Source: Eledone cirrhosa (taxonomy: Eukaryota). Taken from it: DNA of 64,000 nucleotides. Each line of letters starts with the position of its first letter. Position 1 is the first letter of the stretch. Positions 38,201 through 49,400 of the stretch are shown here, piece by piece. The notes under the pieces are model-generated. The model searched no databases. It was not told the origin of the DNA and saw only the letters and a program-made list of their open reading frames with translations. The position numbers were made by a program, and so were the translations under genes. Location: assembly GCA_964016885.1 (NCBI GenBank), contig OZ024741.1, forward strand, positions 278,380,001 to 278,444,000, in the 5' to 3' direction.

Positions 38201-40737
38201 TGGGGTTTTCACAGTGTTTGTGGTATACTGATGTTTGAGTGTGGTGCCTGGGGTTTTCATAGTGTTTGTGGTGTATTGATGTTTGAGTGTGGTGCCTGGG
38301 GTTTTCATAGTGTTTGTGGTGTACTGATGTTTGTATGTACTGCCTGGGGCTTTGACAGTGTTTGTGGTGTATTGATGTTTGAGTGTGGTGCCTGTGGTTT
38401 TCACAGTGTTTGTGGTGTACTGATGTTTGTATGTAGTGCCTGGGGTTTTCATAGTGTTTGTGGTGTACTGATATTTGTATGTAGTGCCTGGGTCTTTCAT
38501 AGTGTTTGTGGTGTATTGATGTTTGAGTGTGGTGCCTGGGGTTTTCATAGTGTTTGTGGTGTACTGATGTTTGTATGTAGTGCCTGGGGCTTTGACAGTG
38601 TTTGTGGTGTATTGATGTTTGAGTGTGGTGCCTGGGGTTTTCATAGTGTTTGTGGTGTACTGATGTTTGAGTGTGGTGCCTGGGGTTTTCACAGTGTTTG
38701 TGGTGTATTGATGTTTGAGTGTGGTGCCTGGGGTTTTCATAGTGTTTGTGGTGTAGTGATGTGTAAGTGTGGTGCCTGGGGTTTTCACAGTGTTTGTGGT
38801 ATACTGATGTTTGAGTGTGGTGCCTGGGGTTTTCATAGTGTTTGTGGTGTACTGATGTGTGAGTGTGGTGCCTGGGGTTTTCATAGTGTTTGTGGTGTAT
38901 TGATGTTTGAGTGTGGTGCCTGGGGTTTTCATAGTGTTTGTGGTGTACTGATATTTGTATGTAGTGCCTGGGGTTTTCATAGTGTTGGTGGTGTACTGAT
39001 GTTTGTATGTAGTGCCTGGGGTTTACATAGTGTTTGTGGTGTATTGATGTTTGAGTGTGGTGCCTGGGGTTTTCATAGTGTTTGTGGTGTACTGATGTGT
39101 GAGTGTGGTGCCTGGGGTTTTCATAGTGTTTGTGGTGTATTCATATTTGTATGTAGTGCCTGGGGTTTTCATAGTGTTTGTGGTGTATTGATGTTTGAGT
39201 GTGGTGCCTGGGGTTTTCATAGTGTTTGTGGTGTATTGATGTTTGAGTGTGGTGCCTGGGGTTTTCACAGTGTTTGTGGTATACTGATGTTTGTATGTAG
39301 TGCCAGGGGTTTTCATAGTGTTTGTGGTGTATTGATGTTTGAGTGTGGTGCCTGGGGTTTTCATAGTGTTTGTGGTGTACTGATGTGTGAGTGTGGTGCC
39401 TGGGGTTTTCATAGTGTTTGTGGTGTATTGATGTTTGAGTGTGGTGCCTGGGGTTTTCATAGTGTTTGTGGTGTACTGATATTTGTATGTAGTGCCTGGG
39501 GTTTTCATAGTGTTTGTGGTGTACTGATGTTTGTATGTAGTGCCTGGGGTTTACATAGTGTTTGTGGTGTATTGATCTTTGAGTGTGGTGCCTGGGGTTT
39601 TCATAGTGTTTGTGGTGTATTGATGTTTGAGTGTGGTGCCTGGGGTTTTCATAGTGTTTGTGGTGTATTGATGTTTGAGTGTGGTGCCTGGGGTTTTCAT
39701 AGTGTTTGTGGTGTACTGATATTTGCATGTAGTGCCTGGGGTTTTCATAGTGTTTGTGGTGTACTGATGTTTGAGTGTGGTGCCTGGGGTTTTCATAGTA
39801 TTTGTGCTGTATGGATGTCTGAGTGTGGTGCCTGGGGTTTTCATAGTGTTTGTGGTGTATAGATGTTTGAGTGTGGTGCCTGGGGTTTTCATAGTGTTTG
39901 TGGTGTACTGATGTTTGTATGTAGTGCCTGGGGCTTTGATAATGTTTGTGGTGTATTGATGTTTGAGTGTGGTGCCTGGGGTTTTCATAGTGTTTGTGGT
40001 GTACTGATGTTTGTATGTAGTGCCCGGGGCTTTCATAGTGTTTGTGGTGTATTGACGTTTGAGTGTGGTGCCTGGGGTTTTCATAGTGTTTGTGGTGTAT
40101 TGATGTTTGAGTGTGGTGCCTGGGGTGTTCATAGTGTTTGTGGTGTATTGATGTTTGAGTGTGGTGCCTGGGGTTTTCATAGTGTTTGTGGTGTATTGAT
40201 GTTTGTATGTAGTGCCTGGGGTTTTCATAGTGTTTGTGGTGTATTGATGTTTGAGTGTGGTGTTTGGGGTTTTCATAGTGTTTGTGGTGAATTGATGTTT
40301 GAGTGTGGTGCTTGGGTTTTACATAGTGTGGTGCCTGGGGTTTTCATAGTGTTTGTGGTGTACTGATATTTGCATGTAGTGCCTGGGGTTTTCATAGTGT
40401 TTGTGGTGTATTGATGTTTGAGTGTGGTGCCTGGGGTTTTCATAGTGTTTGTGGTGTATTGATGTTTGAGTGTGGTGCCTGGGGTTTTCATAGTGTTTGT
40501 GGTGTATTGATGTTTGAGTGTGGTGCCTGGGGTTTTCATAGTGTTTGTGGTGTATTGATGTTTGTATGTAGTGCCTGGGGTTTTCATAGTGTTTGTGGTG
40601 TACTGATGTTTGTATGTAGTGCCTGGGGTTTTCACAGTGTTTGTGGTGTACTGATGTTTGAATGTGGTGCCTGGGGTTTTCATAGTGTTTGAGGTGTACT
40701 GATGTTTGAGTGTGGTGCCTGGGGTTTTCATAGTGTT
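17260..40737. repeat. 48-bp G+T-rich satellite, block 1
   Basis: Consensus agtgtttgtggtgta(c/t)tgatgtttg(agtgtg/tatgta)gtgcctggggttttca(t/c), head-to-tail; degenerate edge at ~17215-17260. Confidence 0.99.
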
Positions 40738-43409
40738 TGTAGTGACCTACATTCCGCGGGCTCACATACATTCTCCGTGCGTGATTTGGCTCAGTTCAGC
40801 CAATCAGCGCCAGTAGAAGAGGATGTATCCCTACGCGCCCTGAGGAAGAAATTCACCGCGAAGATTTGAAGAATCTCGCTCTTGTACCGAACACTTCAAG
40901 CCAGCAACACGCATAATGTAACAGTGAGATATTGCACCCCTAGCCTGGCCGGCTTAACGGCGCAATGGCACATTCCCTAATGTAACCTCTTTTTATCTGT
41001 AACTTCAACCATATAAATAAACAAACATTGCATATCTAATTACTGCGGTTGAAGTCGTTGTTTTACTCGTGTCTCAATAACATCTTTAATCCATGCTGCT
41101 GGAATTGGCGACCTGACGAAAGGAATATTGTAAATAGATGGTAAATAGATCGAGGGACCTTCCCTCACGTCTATGTCAACAAGATAATCCAACGAGGATA
41201 CTATCAGTTACCACACTGGCAACTAACGACCACTGATTCTACCACCCTGCTAAAGTGGCGATAACATCTACAACTAATACTGCTAAAGTGGTGACCGACG
41301 TAAGAATATCACGCAGCCCTTCTTATTCATTCAGTTTAACTTTTATTGCCACGTCGCAACTTGCGAAAATCCAGAATATTCCTTTTAAGATTTTTGAAAA
41401 ATTAGCAGTATTTCAAAAACTTTTTCGCCACGAAAAAATTTCAAGATGGCTACCGACATGTCATGGCTACGCTTGACAACAACAATGACAGCAGCAGCGA
41501 CAGCGTTGTTTAACCACTGACCAATACAGGGAACAGTGAGTGGCAGCTTCATAACCTTACCAACGCCAACCACCACACATCGGAAATTTCAAAACGGCTT
41601 GTAACTTTACCGACGCAACCACCATACCTTCTGTCTCGTTACCACAGGGACGCGAGAAATTGAGACAGTAGTTTTCTCACCATTATGGCGTCAGACGTGA
41701 CTGCCATATTTGGTGACTCCTACTCTACAGAAGATTCTTTGACTTTGCTTTAACAATAAGCAACACAACCGTGTGGCGGGACGGGAAAATGGCCACGAAA
41801 TCTCACAAAAACACCATACATCTAACCCCTAACGGCATTAACAAACTTCTTTTTCAGTTTTCAGATAGAACTAGTGTCTGTACACTGGTGATGTGTGAAC
41901 TATTTGACTTTGAAAAACTTTGAACTTATTGAGCAATTTCTCTGCTCCCCTAGATTGACTTTGAATTATCAGTTTGTTACATTCACATATTTCTTTGTAG
42001 AATGCATTTACTTGTTTTGTGCTCTTTTGCTATTTGCTTGCTCATGGTTTTTGTTCATTCACATTCTTTGCTGTTTTACATGCCTGCATATGCACACATT
42101 TTTTTTATCACACACCAACATGTTGTTCTTGGTATATGTTCTTCAAACGTAATATTCTGCGAGTCCCTTTTCACCTGGTTGAGATGCTGGCAGCTCACAG
42201 AGCTTAATCCACTGGATTCAAACAGTCACCGCAACACGAGAATACTAATTGCCGCTGAACTCAAACAGCTTCGCATCTCGTTGCACACTGATCGTCCATG
42301 ACGGCCATCCGTCTTGTTGTTTTTGCCCGACTCGCTGGGAAAGCAACAAATTGAACTGGACTTGTTAGCATTTCGGCCACTTCTGTGGATTCGCCCAAAT
42401 TATGGAACTTACACTGCAACCCACCTACAAATTAAACTTGCCTTTTGTTCTTTACAAAGCAACCAGCCATTTTTTCCTGGCTCCACAGCACATTCGACAA
42501 TACATCTGGGGGCCATCATTTTCTCGCCAGCACTGGTAAACTACCATAATAGCTTCGTTCACAGCTACAACGCTTACCATTAACATTTAATGCAAGAACG
42601 GCAACTTCGCCCATGTCAGACTTTATCCGTTTTTTTGTTAGACCTTTGGCGGTCACGTATAAACAACAAAACAATTGGTCATTTGACACAGCGGCTCAAC
42701 ACGGCCCGTAGCGCCTCATTTTTTGTTCTTGCATGCAACCTTCTGCTCAATTATTTTTTTCACTGATGTGCTCTTTCAGCATTTGTTCTTGCTGATTTAA
42801 TATGTGAGTACTTGGTTTCTTCGTTATCGATTTTCGGCTGAAAATCTGGTTGGAGGTGATGTAGTGACCTACATTCCGCGGGCTCACATACATTCTCTGT
42901 GCGTGATTTGGCTCAGTTCAGCCAATCAGCGCCAGTAGAAGAGGATGTATCCCTACGCGCCCTGAGGAAGAAATTCACCACGAAGATTTGAAGAATCTAT
43001 CTCTTGTACCGGAAACTTCAAGCCAGCAACACGCATAATGTAACAGTGAGATATTGCACCCCTAGCCTCGCCGGCTTAACGGCGCAATGGCACATTCCCT
43101 AATGTAACCTCTTTTTATCTGTAACTTCAACCATATAAATAAACAAACATTGCATCTCTAATTACTGCGGTTGAAGTCGTTGTTTTACTCGTGTCTCAAT
43201 AACATCTTTAATCCATGCTGCTGGAATTGGCGACCTGACGAAAGGAATATTGTAAATAGATGGTAAATAGATCGAGGGACCTTCCCTCACGTCTATGTCA
43301 ACAAGATAATCCAACGAGGATACTATCAGTTACCACACTGGCAACTAACGACCACTGATTCTACCACACTGCTAAAGTGGCGATAACATCTACAACTAAT
43401 ACTGCTAAA
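40738..43409 (+). mobile_element. Non-autonomous LTR retrotransposon, 2,672 bp, copy 1
   Basis: 550-bp LTRs at 40738-41287 and 42860-43409; 4-bp TSD TGTT (40734-40737 / 43410-43413); PBS tggtgaccgacgt at 41289-41301; purine-rich tract ggttggaggtga at 42848-42859; no gag/pol ORF. Confidence 0.9.
40798..41021 (+). promoter_or_regulatory. LTR promoter and poly(A) signals
   Basis: CCAAT box (agccaatcag) at ~40798 and overlapping TATAAA/AATAAA (tataaataaa) at 41012-41021, repeated in all four LTRs. Motif match only. Confidence 0.45.
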
Positions 43410-46400
43410 TGTTTGTGGTGTATTGATGTTTGAGTGTGGTGCCTGGGGTTTTCATAGTGTTTGTGGTGTATTGATGTTTGAGTGTGGTGCCTGTGGTTTT
43501 CACAGTGTTTGTGGTGTATTGATGTTTGTATGTAGTGCCTGGGGTTTTCATAGTGTTTGTGGTGTATTGATGTTTGAGTGTGGTGCCTGGGGTTTTCATA
43601 GTGTTTGTGGTGTACTGATGTTTGTATGTAGTGCCTGGGATTTTCACAGTGTTTGTGGTGTATTGATGTTTGAGTGTGGTGCCTGGGGTTTTCATAGTGT
43701 TTGTGGTGTACTGATGTTTGAGTGTGGTGCCTGGGGTTTTCATAGTGTTTGTAGTGTACTGATGTTTGAGTGTGGTGCCTGGTGTTTTCATAGTGTTTGT
43801 GGTGTATTTATGTTTGAGTGTGGTGCCTGGGGTTTTCATAGTGTTTGTGGTGTATTGATGTTTGAGTGTGGTGCCTGTGGTTTTCACAGTGTTTGTGGTG
43901 TATTGATGTTTGTATGTAGTGCCTGGGGTTTTCATAGTGTTTGTGGTGTACTGATGTTTGTATGTAGTGCCTGGGGTTTTCATAGTGTTTGTGGTGTATT
44001 GATGTTTGAGTGTGGTGCCTGTGGTTTTCACAGTGTTTGTGGTGTATTGATGTTTGTATGTAGTGCCTGGGGTTTTCATAGTGTTTGTGGTGTATTGATG
44101 TTTGTATGTAGTGCCTGGGGTTTTCATAGTGTTTGTGGTGTATTGATGTTTGAGTGTGGTGCTTGGGGTTTACATAGTGTTTGTGATGTATTGATGTTTG
44201 TATGTAGTGCCTGGGGTTTTCATAGTGTTTGTGGTGTATTGATGTTTGAGTGTGGTGCCTGGGGTTTTCATAGTGTTTGTGGTGTATTGATGTTTGAGTG
44301 TGGTGCCTGGGGTTTTCATAGTGTTTGTGGTGTACTGATGTTTGAGTGTGGTGCCTGGGGTTTTCACAGTGTTTGTGGTGTATTGATGTTTGAGTGTGGT
44401 GCCTGGAGTTTTCATAGTGTTTGTGGTGTATTGATGTTTGAGTGTGGTGCCTGGAGTTTTCATAGTGTTTGTGGTGTAGTGATGTGTGAGTGTGGTGCCT
44501 GGGGTTTTCACAGTGTTTGTGGTATACTGATGTTTGAGTGTGGTGCCTGGGGTTTTCATAGTGTTTGTGGTGTACTGATGTGTGAGTGTGGTGCCTGAGG
44601 CTTTCATAGTGTTTGTGGTGTATTGATATTTGTATGTAGTGCCTGGGGTTTTCATAGTGTTTGTAGTGTACTGATATTTGTATGTAGTGCCTGGGGTTTT
44701 CATAGTGTTTGTGGTGTACTGATGTTTGTATGTAGTGCCTGGGGTTTTCATAGTGTTTGTGGTGTATTGATGTTTGAGTGTGGTTTCCTGGGGTTTTCAT
44801 AGTGTTTGTGGTGTACTGATGTTTGTATGTAGTGCCTGGGGCTTTCATAGTGTTTGTGGTGTATTGATGTTTTGAGTGTGGTGCCTGGGGTTTTCATAGT
44901 GTTTGTGGTGTACTGATGTTTGTATGTAGTGCCTGGGGTTTTCATAGTGTTTGTGGTGTATTAATGTTTGAGTGTGGTGCCTGTGGTTTTCACAGTGTTT
45001 GTGGTGTATTGATCTTTGTATGTAGTGCCTGGGGTTTTCATAGTGTTTGTGGTGTATTGATGTTTGAGTGTGGTGCCTGGGGTTTTCATAGTGTTTGTGG
45101 TGTATTGATGTTTGAGTGTGGTGCCTGGTGTTTTCATAGTGTTTGTGGTGTATTGATGTTTGTATGTAGTGCCTGGGGTTTTCATAGTGTTTGTGGTGTA
45201 CTGATGTTTGTATGTAGTGCCTGGGGTTTTCACAGTGTTTGTGGTGTATTGATGTTTGAGTGTGGTGCCTGGGGTTTTCATAGTGTTTGTGGTGTACTGA
45301 TGTTTGAGTGTGGTGCCTGGGGTTTTCATAGTGTTTGAGGTGTACTGATGTTTCAGTGTGGTGCCTGTGGTTTTCATAGTGTTTGTGGTGTATTGATGTT
45401 TGTATGTAGTGCCTGGGGTTTTCATAGTGTTTGTGGTGTACTAATGTTTGTATGTAGTCCCTGGGGTTTTCATAGTGTTTGTGGTGTACTGATGTTTGAG
45501 TGTGGTGCCTGGGGTTTTCATAGTGTTTGTGGTGTATTGATGTTTGAGTTTGGTGCCAATGGTTTTCACAGTGTTTGTGGTGTACTGATGTTTGTATGTA
45601 GTGCCTGGGGTTTTCATAGTGTTTGTGGTGTATTGATGTTTGTATGTAGTACCTGGGGTTTTCATAGTGTTTGTGGTGTATTGATGTTTGAGTGTGGTGC
45701 TTGGGTTTTACATAGTGTTTGTGATGTATTGATGTTTGAGTGTGGTGCCTGGGGTTTTCATAGTGTTTGTGGTGTACTGATGTTTGAGTGTGGTGCCTGG
45801 GGTTTTCATAGTGTTTGTGGTGTACTGATGTTTGAGTGTGGTGCCTGGGGTTTTCATAGTGTTTGAGGTGTACTGATGTTTCAGTGTGGTGCCTGTGGTT
45901 TTCATAGTGTTTGTGGTGTATTGATGTTTGTATGTAGTGCCTGGGGTTTTCATAGTGTTTGTGGTGTACTAATGTTTGTATGTAGTCCCTGGGGTTTTCA
46001 TAGTGTTTGTGGTGTACTGATGTTTGAGTGTGGTGCCTGGGGTTTTCATAGTGTTTGTGGTGTATTGATGTTTGAGTTTGGTGCCAATGGTTTTCACAGT
46101 GTTTGTGGTGTACTGATGTTTGTATGTAGTGCCTGGGGTTTTCATAGTGTTTGTGGTGTATTGATGTTTGTATGTAGTACCTGGGGTTTTCATAGTGTTT
46201 GTGGTGTATTGATGTTTGAGTGTGGTGCTTGGGTTTTACATAGTGTTTGTGATGTATTGATGTTTGAGTGTGGTGCCTGGGGTTTTCATAGTGTTTGTGG
46301 TGTACTGATGTTTGAGTGTGGTGCCTGGGGTTTTCATAGTGTTTGTGGTGCATTTATGTTTGAGTGTGGTGCCTGTGGTTTTCACAGTGTTTGTGGTGTA

Positions 46401-49400
46401 TTGATGTTTGTATGTAGTGCCTGGGGCTTTCATAGTGTTTGTGGTGTACTGGTGTTTGAGTGTGGTGCCTGGGGTTTTCATAGTGTTTGTGGTGTATTGA
46501 TGTTTGTATGTAGTGCCTGGGGTTTTCATAGTGTTTGTGGTGTACTGATGTTTGTGTGTGGTGCCTGGGGTTTTCATAGTGTTTGTGGTGTATTGATGTT
46601 TGTATGTAGTGCCTGGGGTTTTCATAGTGTTTGTGGTGTACTGATGTTTGAGTGTGGTGCCTGGGGTTTTCATAATGTTTGTGGTGTACTGATGTTTGAG
46701 TGTGGTGCCTGGGATTTTCATAGTGTTTGTGGTGTATTGATGTTTGTATGTAGTGCCTGGGGTATTCATAGTGTTTGTGGTGTACTGATGTTTGAGTGTG
46801 GTGCCTGGAGTTTTCATAGTGTTTGTGGTGTATTTTTGAGTGTGGTGCCTGGGGTTTTCATAGTGTTTGTGGTGTACTGATGTTTGTATGTAGTGCCTGG
46901 GGTTTTCATAGTGTTTGTGGTGTATTGATGTTTGAGTGTGGTGCCTGTGGTTTTCATAGTGTTTGTGGTGTATTGATGTTTGTATGTAGTGCTTGGGGTT
47001 TTCATAGTGTTTGTCGTGTATTGATGTTTGAGTGTGGTGCTTGGGGTTTACATAGTGTTTGTGGTGTATTTATGTTTGAGTGTGGTGCTTGGGGTTTTCA
47101 TAGAGTTTGTGGTGTATTTATGTTTGAGTGTGGTGCCTGGTGTTTTGACAGTGTTTGTGGTGTACTGATGTTTGAGTGTGGTGCCTGGGGTTTTCATAGT
47201 GTTTGTGGTGTACTGATGTTTGTATGTAGTGCCTGGGGTTTTCATAGTGTTTGTGGTGTATTGATGTTTGAGTGTGGTGCCTGGGGTTTTCATAGTGTTT
47301 GTGGTGCATTTATGTTTGAGTGTGGTGCCTGTGGTTTTCACAGTGTTTGTGGTGTATTGATGTTTGAGTGTGGTGCCTGGGGTTTTCATAGTGTTTGTGG
47401 TGTATTTATGTTTGAGTGTGGTGCCTGGGGTTTTCATAGTGTTTGTGGTGTATTGATGTTTGAGTGTGGTGCCTGGGGTTTTCACAGTGTTTGTGGTGTA
47501 TTGATGTTTGAGTGTGGTGCCTGGGGTTTTCATAGTGTTTGTGGTGCATTTATGTTTGAGTGTGGTGCCTGGGGTTTTCATAGTGTTTGTGGTGTATTGA
47601 TGTTTGAGTGTGGTGCCTGGGGTTTTCATAGTGTTTGTGGTGCATTTATGTTTGAGTGTGGTGCCTGTGGTTTTCACAGTGTTTGTGGTGTATTGATGTT
47701 TGTATGTAGTGCCTCGGGCTTTCATATTGTTTGTGGTGTATTGATGTTTGAGTATGGTGCCTGGGGTCTTCATAGCGTTTGTGGAGTACTGATGTTTGTA
47801 TGTAGTGCCTGGGGTTTTCATAGTGTTTGTGGTGTTTGATGTTTGTATGTAGTGCCTGGGGTTTTCATAGTGTTTGTGGTGTATTGATGTTTGAGTGTGG
47901 TGCCTGGGGTTTTCATAGTGTTTGTGGTGTACTGATGTTTGAGTGTGGTGCCTGGGGTTTTCACAGTGTTTGTGGTGTATTGATGTTTGAGTGTGGTGCC
48001 TGGGGTTTTCATAGTGTTTGTGGTGTAGTGATGTGTAAGTGTGGTGCCTGGGGTTTTCACAGTGTTTGTGGTATACTGATGTTTGAGTGTGGTGCCTGGG
48101 GTTTTCATAGTGTTTGTGGTGTACTGATGTGTGAGTGTGGTGCCTGGGGTTTTCATAGTGTTTGTGGTGTATTGATGTTTGAGTGTGGTGCCTGGGGTTT
48201 TCATAGTGTTTGTGGTGTACTGATATTTGTATGTAGTGCCTGGGGTTTTCATAGTGTTGGTGGTGTACTGATGTTTGTATGTAGTGCCTGGGGTTTACAT
48301 AGTGTTTGTGGTGTATTGATGTTTGAGTGTGGTGCCTGGGGTTTTCATAGTGTTTGTGGTGTACTGATGTGTGAGTGTGGTGCCTGGGGTTTTCATAGTG
48401 TTTGTGGTGTATTGATATTTGTATGTAGTGCCTGGGGTTTTCATAGTGTTTGTGGTGTATTGATGTTTGAGTGTGGTGCCTGGGGTTTTCATAGTGTTTG
48501 TGGTGTATTGATGTTTGAGTGTGGTGCCTGGGGTTTTCACAGTGTTTGTGGTATACTGATGTTTGTATGTAGTGCCAGGGGTTTTCATAGTGTTTGTGGT
48601 GTATTGATGTTTGAGTGTGGTGCCTGGGGTTTTCATAGTGTTTGTGGTGTACTGATGTGTGAGTGTGGTGCCTGGGGTTTTCATAGTGTTTGTGGTGTAT
48701 TGATGTTTGAGTGTGGTGCCTGGGGTTTTCATAGTGTTTGTGGTGTACTGATATTTGTATGTAGTGCCTGGGGTTTTCATAGTGTTTGTGGTGTACTGAT
48801 GTTTGTATGTAGTGCCTGGGGTTTACATAGTGTTTGTGGTGTATTGATCTTTGAGTGTGGTGCCTGGGGTTTTCATAGTGTTTGTGGTGTATTGATGTTT
48901 GAGTGTGGTGCCTGGGGTTTTCATAGTGTTTGTGGTGTATTGATGTTTGAGTGTGGTGCCTGGGGTTTTCATAGTGTTTGTGGTGTACTGATATTTGCAT
49001 GTAGTGCCTGGGGTTTTCATAGTGTTTGTGGTGTACTGATGTTTGAGTGTGGTGCCTGGGGTTTTCATAGTATTTGTGCTGTATGGATGTCTGAGTGTGG
49101 TGCCTGGGGTTTTCATAGTGTTTGTGGTGTATAGATGTTTGAGTGTGGTGCCTGGGGTTTTCATAGTGTTTGTGGTGTACTGATGTTTGTATGTAGTGCC
49201 TGGGGCTTTGATAATATTTTTGGTGTATTGATGTTTGAGTGTGGTGCCTGGGGTTTTCATAGTGTTTGTGGTGTACTGATGTTTGTATGTAGTGCCCGGG
49301 GCTTTCATAGTGTTTGTGGTGTATTGACGTTTGAGTGTGGTGCCTGGGGTTTTCATAGTGTTTGTGGTGTATTGATGTTTGAGTGTGGTGCCTGGGGTGT

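Noticed and set aside
41255-42583. Short ORFs inside the LTR element as gag or env
   Set aside because: All are under 100 aa with no zinc knuckle, protease, RT or integrase motifs; their repetition at 54-55 kb is due to the duplication.
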